The notes under the pieces: model-generated | What the model was told of the DNA's origin: nothing | The model's input: the letters and a program-made list of their open reading frames with translations, nothing else | The model's database searches: none | Translations under genes and position numbers: made by a program | Assembly (NCBI GenBank): GCA_012295275.1 | Contig: CM022671.1 | Span: 8,556,001-8,620,000, forward strand | Source of the DNA: Chrysomallon squamiferum | Taxonomy: Eukaryota; Animalia; Mollusca | DNA length: 64,000 nt | Reading direction: 5' to 3' | Shown: piece after piece, positions 1 through 13,360 of the stretch | Numbering within the stretch: the first letter of the stretch is position 1 | How the letters are laid out: each line of letters begins with the position of its first letter

Positions 1-639
1 TGGAAAGAAAATGCAGTTGCCGTGATGTTCGTAAAAGTTCAACGTATTTTATCTAGTTTATTTCGTTTCGTGCATTCATACATGCCATGCATAGTTTGAT
101 TGCTCTGTTATTACATATTACATCTAACTGTCCTTTTTAAGCTAGTGCAAATGAAAAATAGCTGAAATAAAATATCACTGATCACTTTACTTTTGGCTTG
201 TGAAACCGAAGATTTTTTTTTTTTTTTTTTTTTTTTTCGTATTAAAAGAAGAAAGATTAGTAACAATCAAGGCAAATATTCTTAATGAAAGAGACTATTC
301 ACGTTGACACAAAATAAAATAAATCTCCAATTATGTTCAAATACAAAACTGTGTGTTTTATCAAATGAATACTTTACATTAAATCCTTGCTGATTATATG
401 GCTATGCGGTTTTTATCACATTCATGAATCAGTTTAAAACACCCATGCACCAGTCGTCTGAAAAACCATAACGAAACGCTGAAAACAATATGAGAAGAAC
501 CATATACTGCTCAGTTCAACACATCTAAACAACATTTCTTATATTCAGTTATATATATACCAAAGAATTCGTCTATTAAGAATGAGACCACTGTTATGTG
601 AATAAATCATAAAATATTGTATTAAAACCATAACAATAA

Positions 640-915
640 GAGTAGATAAATAAACACTTCCAAATATCCTTTTTTGTAGAACTCGTAAATAAATATGCAC
701 AGAGTTACCTTTAACTTGGTAAAAGCAGTCGAAAATATTAACATGTGCGTACTGACATTTTTAGTTAAAAATATCGAAAACTTTCTAACAGACACTGGTA
801 TTTTTAGTTTAAGTAAAGGCATCGAAAATATTAACATACACATTCTGACATTTTTAATTTGGTAAAAGCGGCGAAATTACTAATATTTACGTACTGATAT
901 TTTTAATACAGTATT
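640..915. repeat. Degenerate short direct repeats (unit like GGTAAAAGCAGTCGAAAATATTAACATGTGCGTACTGACATTTTTAG)
   Basis: Similar copies at ~717-765, ~812-858 and ~860-906. Confidence 0.6.
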
Positions 916-1232
916 TTTTTAATTATTTATTTAAAGACGTTTATCCACCACATACAGCTGAAATAAACAGGGACTACAAACATGATTATTCAGCAACAAG
1001 AAAATTATTGCGTTTTGTTAGTGTTAGTTGAAATACGAATAAAACAACAACAACAACAACAACAACAAAAAAAAAAAAAAACACTAAAGATTTTTATCAG
1101 TCTAAACAAATCTAGTAAGAAAATGTTTCGAAAATTTTAAACTTTTTTTTTTTTTTTTAAATTCATTCAGATCGGTTATGGAACTGTAAAAATAATAAAT
1201 ATGTCGTGGAGTAAATAATTTTATTTATCTAT

Positions 1233-1263
<31 letters not shown>

Positions 1264-1814
1264 TTTTATTTGTATTTTGTTTACGTAGGCAAAAACCTTT
1301 AACAATATTATGACTCAGTAAACTGGAGTTTTAGAATCGAAAAATATTTAGCTATAATTCTGTTCTCGTTTAGTAATGGCTAATAGAAATACTTTATGTG
1401 CATGTTACATTTCCATCATGTTTTATGGTTCATCTAGTTTGAATGAATGCAAAAATTAACGTGCTAATCAGAGCTAGCACGTTCTAGTTTGAACTAACTG
1501 AATATTTATATTTGTTGATGTTAATAGTTAAACAACCGCGAATATTTTTAGTTAAAATTAACTTTCCAGGAAGTATAACCTTACAACATGTTACGTTACA
1601 TGTTATGATAGACACAGGGATAAGAAATTCAAATGTTTCTTAACTTTATATTCATCAGAGATTCCCGCTTATCCACAGCTATGATAATAGAGCCTTGTGT
1701 TTATTTGTCTAAGAGAATTACGACGGGTGTGATTTTAAGTTATTAGATAACTGGTACAGACAAAGGCACGTTCGTCGTTACATTTTCAGCTATTTATGCT
1801 TTAGATTCCCAGCA

Positions 1815-2989
1815 ATGAATGATCTGCCTGCAGGTATTTTACTAATTACTCGTTATAAATGAGTGCATTAATAAATGCTCAAATTAAATTTGCTGCATGT
1901 CACTCATCAGAACCGGACACTGACCTTATCAAAACTGGGTCCGATGACGAAACAGGTACAAAGAATGGTAGTAATCAAGTTAATCTCCATATCCTAATCC
2001 CTGCTGGTGCAGTGTTGCTGTTCGCGGGGCTGGTTAATCGAAAACTAGACTTGGTGAAATAAAGTCGTTCATTTAAACAGGCATGTCTGTATTAACAGGT
2101 TGCAAGTTTATGACACTGGTATGTTTCAGAATGATTTTGAAATTTGTTTTAAGTGCGTTGGGACTAAGAAGAAATAAACTGGAACAAAAACCACGTGGTG
2201 AAATTAGCAGCGACGAAGTGAACAGAACGTATTTACGTGATCAACTTTGGAAGGAAAACGTGAAAGAAACTTTTTTGAAACGCGACTTTGAAAATCCAAA
2301 TTCGTGTGATGCAAGCAGCGAGTCGGGCGCTGATTGGGAACAAACTACTAGGGTTAGACAATGCCGAATTTCTAGGAAGAAACGACTTCAGAGAAGAAAG
2401 CTGCTTCCACCAATTTTGTCTTCTCCACTTCATATGAGTATGTCGTCTGGAATTTCTACTGGGAGTGATGCGGTAATTTCAGAACTTGAAAGAATAAATC
2501 CTAATGCAGAATGCGATATTATGATGGAAAATACTCCGGGGAACGAAAATAGATCAATTCAAACAGTAATTGAAACACTCATCAAAGAAAAATTGGATCT
2601 GCAAAAAAAAGTGGAACAACAACGTGAAATTCTGGCGAGCAGAAATGCCAGTTTGGCTTTAGGGAATTGTTCCATGATATCAGAAATTGATTCGGTACAA
2701 AACACTTCTAGAAACACATGTCATATTTGTGCTGGACCTAGTCCACAAGACACATTAATACAGGATTTAGACAGGATTTAGATTTCCTAACGTTTATCAG
2801 GACTACAAGATAACGTCTGCTTTAGCTCCAGAGAAATCTGAAAAAGAAAGCACGCTAATGAAACTAAAATGTTTGGAGGAAGAAAACTTTCGATTAGAAC
2901 AGTACATCAATAGACTCCTGTTCATGGTTTTGGAAGGAAGCCCATCTGTTTTGGAAATAAATAATGACAGTTCCTACGTATTAAAATGA
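1815..2989 (+). CDS. Putative compact gene or pseudogene: N-terminal hydrophobic segment, coiled coil and C-terminal FIP-RBD (Rab11-FIP3/4-like) motif
   Basis: Three open segments: 1859-2062, 2083-2781 and 2771-2989 (the last in a different frame). The last reads LEEENFRLEQYINRLLFMVLEGSPSVLEINN, matching the recalled FIP3-type C-terminus QEEINFRLQDYIDRIIVAIMETNPSILEVK. Candidate frame-preserving mini-introns at 1834-1910, 2033-2106 and 2695-2770; the exon model is uncertain. Confidence 0.5.
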
Positions 2990-4387
2990 CATTTACGTTT
3001 AAATAGTTATGGTAACATATGAAGAAATATCGAGCACTTTTGACTGCTGTCAGTGAAGTATCCATTTAATCAGCAACTATCAAATCTTGGACATTAAAAA
3101 TCTGGCTGGATAAGGAAAATTAAGGATAGGCAAAGAAAATGTACTGTGCAATTTTTTAAATATATCTGACTTGATATTTATATTTAGAAACGAAAATGAT
3201 GAAATAACTGAATAAAATTCTTAGTTAAAATGGGCTTCCCTATGAATACTTCTAAGTGGTATTGGTAAGAAACATTCGATTAAAACAAATGTAATATTAA
3301 ATGATTTTAAAATGAATGTTATTTGCAGTTCATTTTGTGTTCTTTATTAGAATTTGCATTACTTTTTTAAAATTATTTTCAGAAGACAATACCTGTAATG
3401 CTGTATGTACATATTTATTTAAAATATAACTTTTCTGTGTACTTTGTAAATTGTTATGTTAAAATCAATGAGAATCACATACTATTTCATGTTTTAAATT
3501 GTGTTTATAAAAAAAACCTATCTTTTCAAATAATTAATTTGACAATGACAAGTAATCATGTAAATATATTAATTAAAACATGCTTTCCACAGGATATAGC
3601 ATCATTCACCTGTAAAATGAATATACTGAAACTGTTTCTTCAGAGTTTTATTATAATTAATTAATTAATTTATTTATTTAAACATTGTTTCGGGGTTTTC
3701 TTAAATCTGTTTTCTGTATTTATTATAAATTATAATTTTAGCCTGCTTTCATAAATTTAAGTTGCTAAACATTCATTATCATGATTATGTTACTTTTTTT
3801 TGTTATTATTATTTTTAGTACTTTTATTATGCTGTTGTTTAAAGCACTTTTACTTTTATTTTGTACAATACTGAATATTTTATTTAGCATTTACATATAA
3901 TGATAACAGTACATTTTTTTTATATATTAATTACAACACTGCAAAAAATGTAATGCGTCATTTAATGATTATGGTATTTAGCCTTTTTATTTTATGTATT
4001 TATCATAGAATGGAGGTCTTGATGCTTTGCCAAATAACGTGCACATGTAATAAGAATAATATAGGTTAAACTTAAACAATATGTCTGTGCAAAATATTTA
4101 GGTTATCTCTTTCTTTAGTTAATAACATAGTAATATCTTAAAACAAATTTCAAATTAAAATAACCACTGCATTGGTTTTAAACATCTCATTTTATATAAC
4201 AGGAGCAAAATATTTGTTATTATATATAAAATGACTGATCACTTGAAACAGTATATATTTTTTTAATTAAAAATGGCAAGTAACAATTCATTAAAAATAA
4301 AATTGTCTAACATTTCAACATTTTATAATTAAAAATGTTAATAAAAAATAAATACTATGTTCAATATATAAATCTGATTAAAAATCT

Positions 4388-6475
4388 TCAACAGTCTGAT
4401 AACCATTTCTGAAGAGCTTTTACAAGTTTCATGTTACTATCTTTTCTTTCATTTTGCTCATATCTTTTCACTGTCTGTCTGTGCCTAGAGACTGTTAAAG
4501 AAAAATCAGATGGTTCCACAAACAATGGTTTTACATAACATGAATTACATATACAACCTTCAGAATGTTCTATTGATGAAGTAGTTACGACATTCTTTTG
4601 TTTAACTGAAAAATTATTAATTTCTTTAACATCTGAAACATGCTTCACCGATGTCTGGTCAGACTTTCCCTCTGACACAGATTCTAAGACATCCTGTTTC
4701 TCAGAATGCACTGATCTGGAGAAATATTTGGAGATTTGTTGTACATGATCATGATTTTTCTCTAAACCATTTGTAGGTAGCTTGGCTGTTTGAAATTTTC
4801 TTTTCAGATCAGTCTGTTTTGTATCTACTTCTGAATTAGATTTGCTTACTTTCAAACTGACACATGGTTTTGTTATTCTAGACGAACTGGTGAATGTTAA
4901 TCTATCTCTTAATTCTGCTGAACTGTCACAAGAGCTTTCAGAAATCACTGACACAAATGAAACATACTCAACTCCTTTCACTACCTTCTTGCTGGAACAG
5001 CATCTTTTTCTTTTCTGTGACCGCCTTTTTACGGGCATATTATTAACTGGCATTTTATTCGTTAATCTACCAGAGCATCTCAAGAACTGTCTTGTATTCG
5101 GGTTCTCTGTTTTATTTCTGCAGTATCGATCAAAGCAGGACATGTCAGCTCTAGAAGAGACATCAACACCAAAGGGCCCTCGCGTTTTGGAGGACACTAT
5201 AGGTACCACGCAGCATGGCTGTAATCTGGAAACAAACTCCTCAAGCTCAGTGTAAGAGGAATGATCTGAGTAGGGCACAATAAAAATATTGTCTTGATTT
5301 GCAAATGGAACTCCTCCCAATCCTGTGAATATTGCTGTTGGCAAGATGGCAATTGTACGCTTTTGTTCATTCCACTTTTTCAACATTTTCTTTGACACTA
5401 AATGAAATGGCTCTACTCTTATTCTTGTATTTTTATCATTGATTTGGAAAACATTTGGCAGATCAAATCTCTGAATTCTTTCGTACATTGTGCCAGGTAT
5501 GGAGATCCATTCTTTAAGCGATAAACCAAGCCAGACTAGCAAGTCTTCTTTGCCCAAATTTCTCATTCCCAGGACGACACTGTAATCACTGTGTTCTTGG
5601 ATTATTTTCAATATTGTGATTCTAGCCTCCTCTCTTGGTGGGAAATTGCACTGTGGGTTACAGAAAGTGTTGTCTAGGTATAAAACATCAATGGAATCTA
5701 TGTGTTTGAATAAAATACTTTCTTCTATGAGGTTAGTCTTGTACCTGGAAATATTTCAATAATTTAATACATTTCACAAAAGTTCATAACAAAGAAATTT
5801 ATTTAAATATTAATGATTTTGATTTTCAAAAAAAACGAATTTAGGTGAAAGTGATTGTCTGGGTTATTTTCTTGTCACTGATTAATTTTGTTTTGTCTTT
5901 AATAGGTGATGCTAACAGAATAAACTGATGATATTTGAATTAAAAAATAAATATTACTGAGTTTTAAAATTAATAAATATCATCATTTTATCATGAACAA
6001 AATGGGCAGTATGTAATTCCAGGTCAAAATGCTTTTTACATCCAGCCACCCATTTAGTTATAAATTAACATAACAATTGACATAAAGTATACCTAAAATC
6101 TCCAGTGTGGAGAATCTTTCCAAAAGATCCCTCAAAGAGAAACATCACAGAACCTGGGCAGTGGTTTGCATCAATCAGGGAAACAGTAATGAATGCTGTC
6201 TTGGTTACATCACTGGAAGGAACAGGCACTAAGTGAGTAGCACCCACTTCAAGAGGTTTCAGAAGAGAACTGTTGATGTCGTAAAGTGAACTCAAGAGTT
6301 CAGCTGTCAACCTGGAACAGTAGATAGGATATTGCCATGTTGAAGTCAACCCAACAATGTGGTCACCATGAAGATGTGTGAGAAAGAAAACAAAATCTTG
6401 TGCATTTAGTTCCCTTACTTTCCAGAAATCAACAGCTATCTGCGTCCCAGGAATGATGCAACCATTCACAGACAT
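4388..6475 (-). CDS. DCLRE1B: 5' exonuclease Apollo / SNM1B (metallo-beta-lactamase, beta-CASP family); coding exons 6093-6475 and 4388-5744
   Basis: Motifs IAVDFW, FFLTHLHGDHIVGL, DANHCPGSVMFLFEG, LHTGDFR|Y, LYLDNT and VPYSDHSSYTELEEFV. The GT-AG intron 5745-6092 keeps the frame. A probable 5' UTR intron ends in AAG directly before the ATG, with a donor GTAAGT near 7195. Confidence 0.93.
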
Positions 6476-7195
6476 CTTATAGGAATAAAAATATATATGT
6501 TATTTAATTGCTGAGCATTAAGACATTTTATTAAATCAAAAATCCACAAAGTAAAGTTAATACTATTGTACAGCATCTGTCTTCTGTTTATATGTATCCT
6601 ATTTCAACTAGTATTCATTATGTTTGTCACTAAGGAACTGCTAACACATTCCCAGGCTATTGTTATTGTTTTTCACGAAACACTGGTGCAGGAAAAAATT
6701 ACTAACATATTATAATAATTTAATTTGTTATACTTTATAGCTAAAAATGATTTGCACAACATATTATTACATATGATGCATTAAATCAAACGAAAAATAT
6801 ATGCTTCGTTAAACAGTTAAGCTACCGGCTTATAGAAACTGCATTTATAATTATGATAAAAACCTAAACTAATATTAATAACTAAATCAGCAGTCAGTTA
6901 ATTCGATGACTGACTTACTTAATAACTTTGTTACCAAGTTACTTCTTACAGCACAAGCAGTAGCAATATACTGTATAGTGTATAGGCTATAACTTATAAG
7001 TATATATAAAATAAATTATAATACAGTTACTAACTGAGTTAGTGAGTTACTATAACTTTTTTTTCAGTGTATCTAAAGCTAGAGTCTAGAAATTACCACT
7101 AGCATAATTTCTAATTTACTTAAATAAGGCATATTCAGTGTACATACTTTTTTCAGAACATTTTAAATGCAATGCCTTGAAGAGTTTGCACTTAC

Positions 7196-7600
7196 GTTAC
7201 GATTATTATGTGGTTTGTTTACAATTTCTAGAAAACTTCGAAAAAGGAGCCAAAATACAATTTCCGGGAACTTCCTCAGTGGACTGTTATTCGTCTCTAT
7301 TATGTTTGAACGCGTAACATTTCAAAATTAATCGGTTTCTTAAATAGAGTTGTTACTGTTAGTTATGAACTTCTCCACTATAATGTAGATTTAGTTTGCA
7401 ACCAGATTCGCTTCATCATTAAAATAATAATTTAGCTGTTATAGTGGAAAATGGTGTACTGAGCCAGCAGCAATAATTATTTGACGTTAAAGTGTTGCCG
7501 TCAGTTGGCTAAAACCTGACTACTAGTACTAGTAGTAAGACTTGGCTTTCATCATTTACGACCTTGTCACGTTTAGCTGACAATTTCAGGTTTATTTTAC
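7196..7600. promoter_or_regulatory. Probable bidirectional promoter region of DCLRE1B (-) and MRPS33 (+)
   Basis: Lies between divergent genes; locally higher CpG; ETS-like ACTTCC at ~7270. Boundaries approximate. Confidence 0.5.
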
Positions 7601-7983
7601 CTGTGTATAAAACAATAAACATCATTGTTAGACATGTGAGAAATTTAAGTATATTTTATAATTGGTTGTTTTATCCAAAAATATACTCTCAACAAAATTG
7701 AATGTCTTATCACGTTTTATTATTTATTTATTTTGTAACAAAAATAATTGTGAACAATATTGCTAACAAAATAGTACACAGATATTTATTTATAATTATG
7801 AATTTAAGAAAATTTTATAAGTTTACACAACAGTTTAAAAAATATTAAATATAGCATGTTTTCATTATTTAAAAAAACAAAACACAAAAACAACAACAAC
7901 TGATATTATTTGCTTCAAAAAATTTATTAACTATAAGTTTTAACTTACAGTCATTTTTTGTTATTTGACAGTCTTATCAGACA

Positions 7984-9630
7984 ATGACTTCAAACTATGC
8001 AAAACGCATGGGCCGTCTGGCTGCCAGAATATTTGGTGAAGTTGCTCGGCCAACAAACAGTACTTCTATGAAGGTGGTGAAAATCTTCAGCATGCAGCCT
8101 TACCATCTGAAACGAGAAATTACAGACTACTATCCAAGTTATACAAAAACACACATGTTGATGCGAACACTACGAGACTTCGGTCTGTTCAGGTGAGACA
8201 GTGTCATCCATTCTTCTCTTTTCTTTCCCTTTTTGAAAACCTTCCTCTCTGGTTTAAAATAAATGAATATAAGTAATAAAATAATTATAACCAGGTGTTA
8301 GAAAGAAAATAAATGCACCAAAATTCCCACTAATTTAAATACTGATCTGACTTTAAATCAGTTAAGAATAAATGCTGAAATACATTTCAAAACTTTATCT
8401 TGTGTTTGATAAAAAGGAAAAATGAAGAAATGTCTGCTGGATTCAATAGGTATTTCCTCATGTGATCATTGTCCCAATATACTGAGAAGTGTCTGTATTC
8501 CTGATGCAGAATCCCATGTAATGAAACTAATAAACTGTAAAAAGTTGTTCATGGAATAGTTGTAGCAGATTATCTTTTTTATCTAATCATAACAATTTTA
8601 TTCTTTTTATTTGCTATTAATGTGAATGGTGCTTAGATTTTGCATAGATGTATACATGTTCATTATATTGTGTTGATGACAAAAGAAGCAATTACGTGAT
8701 CCTTCAGAATGTTTTATATAAATATATATATATATAGATAGATATATACATACAGTGCTATCTTGACTTACAAGATTAATTCATTCATAACTCAGGTTGG
8801 TCATAAATCAATTTTCCCAACTGAAATTAACTGAAATACCATTAATCCATTCTAATCCCCCCAAAAACCAGCCCAGTTTTTGGTAATATGTTTTTAAATA
8901 AAAAAAATGTATTTATAAATGACAAATATTGTATAAAATCAAAATAAAAGAGATTATAAAGAAATAATTTGGTTTGTAAAGTGTATTTATCTTGGAGATC
9001 AGATAAATTATTTTAACGCCTTTGGCTGGAGTTACAGTTTGTTGACTCCTGCTTCAGTATGGTACATATAGAAGTACACTGGTGCTGCCTAACCCAGTCA
9101 ACTACATGCACACCTCGCTCATGTTTTTCTATGATTTCATGCTTTAATTTAATGGACATCATCAGTTTCTTCTTCTCAGCACTGTCCTTTGCACTCACTT
9201 TCTTTGGATCCATGGTCAGAAAAAAGAAATTTGGCAAAATACTGCACAAAACTTGAACACAACATAACTCAGATTTTTGCTGGTACCACTGTATATATAT
9301 ATATATATATATAATACATTTCAGCTTATTCTAAATAAATGATATATCTGTTCAAGATAATTTCTTTAACATAGTAGTAATTATCATTAAATATTATCAA
9401 TCACAATACAATCAAAAGTATGTAGATATATGTATAACATACACTTAATGTTTTTGCATTTGCATTGACATCTGTCATTTTATAAAAGAAAACTGGTGAA
9501 TAAGGTCACACTTTTTCATTGTAGAGATGAGCATCAGGACTTTAAAGATGAAATGAAACGACAGCGGGCATTGCGTGGAAAAGTTAAACCGAAGAAAGGT
9601 GAAGGAAAACGAGCAATGAAGAAAAAATAA
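7984..9630 (+). CDS. MRPS33: Mitochondrial small-subunit ribosomal protein S33; exons 7984-8192 and 9525-9630
   Basis: [24 protein letters not shown]...LRDFGLFR|[34 protein letters not shown]. The GT-AG intron 8193-9524 keeps the frame. Confidence 0.95.
8753..9291 (-). mobile_element. Internally deleted Tigger/pogo-family DNA transposon in the MRPS33 intron
   Basis: TA|CAGTGCTATC...GGTACCACTG|TA: imperfect terminal inverted repeats with TA flanks. The minus-strand peptide [39 protein letters not shown]...TSICTILKQ resembles a Tigger/TIGD1 CENP-B-type N-terminal HTH. Confidence 0.8.
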
Positions 9631-11404
9631 TTTGTTTAAAAAAGAACAGTGTCTATTAAATGACTGAAACAACAAAATGCTTGTGTGGCATTGGGAAGTT
9701 TGTGGTATATGTGTATTTTAATTTTGTGTTTGTCAGTTGTCATGTGTTAATAACTAAAAAAACAAAACAAACATGACAGTAATATTTAGTATGGTACTTG
9801 AGATAAAATGAAAATAATAACAGTACTCTGTAACAAGATGAAAAGTCATCTGCCTCAGTGTACGTGGAGATTCTTCAACATGAATAAGATAAGAATGTCT
9901 AATAAAGATATGTACAGTATCCTTATTTATTGTGTTTTGTTAATATGTTATCATCAGATGTGTATATGTATGATACTGGAGCACAGAATCAGTCCCTTGG
10001 CACACTTACTAGGCTGTTTGCTTATCACAGGCTGTAGTTACAAGCACATAAAAATGTCCCTAACTGAAAGAGGTAACTACTGGTAACAAGCAGATTTAAA
10101 AAAATAATACAAACAGCTAAAGTTTATTATAACTCAACATTATTTTTTGGAACAATTTTTTTGCCTAATATATTCTTATTTCGTGAATGTACTGTTTATA
10201 AAAATACCTATTTCTGTGACATTGCCGTTAATAACTTGGAACTTGCCTGCATTTTGGTGAAACTAAATTGAGTAAACCCAAAATTATCTAAACAAATCTA
10301 TTTAGTTGTAAAATCTTGTGGTAAACATTGCATTGAATGATACTGAAATGTTTAAGAAATGTGCCTGCAGAGCACATACTTAAGGTAAGTTAATTTTGGG
10401 GATTGATATGGAGTACATTTTGCCATTTCTTTTTACTCATTAACTAATTTACCCAAATGTTTTGTTAAGTTCTAAAAGAAAGATAATACAAAACTTTCTT
10501 GCTTCTAGTTATTAAAAAGTAACTAATAAAGAGATGGCATTTAGAAAACATTGTGTTATTAACAACTAACTGATACAGATAATAAAAGTGGTGTAGTTTA
10601 ACCAAACAATTATAACTATATTATATATTAATTGAAGAATTTTTTTTTTTATAAAAATAGCTGATCTGATTATTCCTTGGTGCACATCTCAGGTTTTGTA
10701 ATAAAAATAAAAATATAACATTTATTTGTAAAAATTTTATTCCATTGTTTATTAATTAAATAACTATTTACACACTTTTCATACAGGATACCTTACATTA
10801 CAAATTTGTCAACCCATTAAATGTTTTCAGTGGATGTTACAAGCATACAAAACAATACAGATATATAAATGGGAATAATTACTTCTCTTTTCTAACATTT
10901 TCAAAAACAAAAATAACAATATAATTTTATTATTCCATGATAGTTTCATCAACATTGTAACAAAAAATAAAAATCAATAACATGGTTTTATCAGTAATCA
11001 AGAAATAAAACATGTACAAATTAAAATATTTATATAACATAACTAAATAATGACATAAAACAATCCATAAAATTAACAAATGAAAAAATATTGTTCATAT
11101 GGTTTTCCATATAGGTAAAGAATTATTATTTTGATGAGCAAAAAAAAAAATACTCCCTTTGCTGTTGAATATAAAAATATAAAGACTGCTTGTAAATATG
11201 ACATAAAATAATTTGCTTCGTAAATCAATAAACATATTTAAGATGCAGATACAACACTCTTAAAAAATAAGTTTTTGTATTGATCATATTTTTATAAACA
11301 TTTTGGTTTCTTTTTTTTTTTTTTCTCAATTTCTTTTTATTAACTTTCTTAGTTTCTTTTTTAAACATCAATTTTGCAGTCCCTAAATATTTTTAAGTGC
11401 TGTT

Positions 11405-12919
11405 TTAGGTTGCGATTGGTGGCAAAACCTTGTGTCTCTCTGATCCTGGCCTTGGGGCTGGTGGTGGACTTGGCCTTCTGTTGGCCTGATTCTCATAGCC
11501 AAATCCATCAATAAGTTTCAGTGGGTCAACAGTTGCTGTTGGCAAATCCTCTTTGTTGTGTTCTGTTTGGTTTGATACTGTGTTGTCACCCTGAAAGTCT
11601 GTGGCAGAATTTATATCTGAGAGGTTTGAGGAGCAAGTCTCATCAGATGAAGAGTCCTCAGACTGTCGACGCATTAAATCAGGTGGCCTTTGTGTCTGTG
11701 AAATTGGTGCAGAGACAGCTCTAGGATCCGACTTTCCATCCGGATCAGAATTTTCTGAGAAATGTGGAGCTGTTTTGGGGTATCTGTGGACAAAAAATGA
11801 AACTCAGTTACTTTGTAAAAATGTTAGGAACTTCTTATTAAGGCTTTAAAAGTGATTGTCATCATATATTAGTTTGCAAAATTAATTGTTATAATTAAAG
11901 AAGAAGGCTGTTGGACTCAAATCATAAAAATACCTCACCTTTAATTTTAATTTAAATTTTCTTTTTTTAATATATTATTTTTAGGTTTGTGTTTTTTATT
12001 TTTTAGTTTAAATCAAACTATGTCCAGTTAACACTATCAGCATCTACATGCATTTCGTTTTTGATATGATACACTGCTATAGTGTTAATATATTTCTTTT
12101 AAATCAAGAGATTTTAAAATTATTGTATTTAAATAAAGATAAACTTTCCAAATAACAGACAATAAGAAATAACAGTGTTAAAAAAATTAGGCTAATTTTT
12201 TTTATATATACAGATTACAAAAAAAAAAAAAAAAAATCTTGCATTACTGATTATTTCTAAATCAAATTATCTTATTTAATTTTCACTGAAGGGGATAGAA
12301 AATAATAAAAATGAATTGTCTAAAATACTGATTTAAAGTTTTCCTCCATAGAGAGAATATAAATTTGCATAAGTCCCTAAATTAATAAAAATAAAATAAT
12401 AAAGTAGTTCGCTATAAAATTTCAAAGATATTTTTACAAATTTAGATCTTAATCTGTTTAAAGGCAATCCACAACAAAACTATCAAATGTTAGAGTTTAT
12501 CTGATGATAGTATATAATATTAAAAATAAGAGATTTCACAAAGACTGTAGTTTAGATAACATTTTATTTGAGGAAATTAAGGTGCCTTTTGTTGATTTAG
12601 TTAGTTGTTATTTTATTTTATTTTATTTTTTTATTATCATTATTATTTTTATTATTTTTATTTTTATATTATGGGAAAAAACAACAAAAATAACAAAAAA
12701 ACCAAAATGTGCAAAATAAAAGTTTTATTTATAAATTTATTAGTTGTTTATCATGCAAATTTGTGGATATCTGGAATATAATAAAAATAAACAAAAATAA
12801 TAGAAATAAAAATAATTCTATCACTTAATGTATTTAAAATTTGTTATTATAAATATTAAATTCATTGTTATTATCATTATTATTACTATTATTACTATTA
12901 CTACTATTACATTATTATT

Positions 12920-12962
<43 letters not shown>

Positions 12963-13321
12963 TATTACTATTAATATCTTGGATAATTGGTAAATATTTT
13001 ATGTCCATAAATATTTCTGTTGGGGAAAAATCAGAAGTATAAAATAATTAGGCATGTTTAAATTTAAGAAGTAAAAGGGACTGTCATCTCCAATTAACAT
13101 TACACAGTAATAGATTCATAAGTAGCTATATTTGTAAATGAAAATAAATATAAATGCAAAACAAATACATATAATTTTAAATCTTACTGTCGGATGTCTT
13201 AAATAAATGCTTTTAGACATTCTGTTTGCTAAATGCAATACTTAGGAGATCTTCATTATTCGTGTATGCAAAATATTTTGTTTTTCAAAAATTACAAAAT
13301 CACCTATACACACACAGACAA

Positions 13322-13360
<39 letters not shown>

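Noticed and set aside
664-673. ATATCCTTTT resembling an AT-AC U12 donor
   Set aside because: No exon context or matching branch site and AC acceptor found; expected by chance in AT-rich DNA.
2779-2790. Stop-codon readthrough linking ORF 2083-2781 to the FIP-like motif
   Set aside because: A second in-frame stop (TAA, 2788-2790) follows, and the motif is in another frame.
4842-5255. 137-aa plus-strand ORF
   Set aside because: Antisense shadow of DCLRE1B with no recognisable motif.
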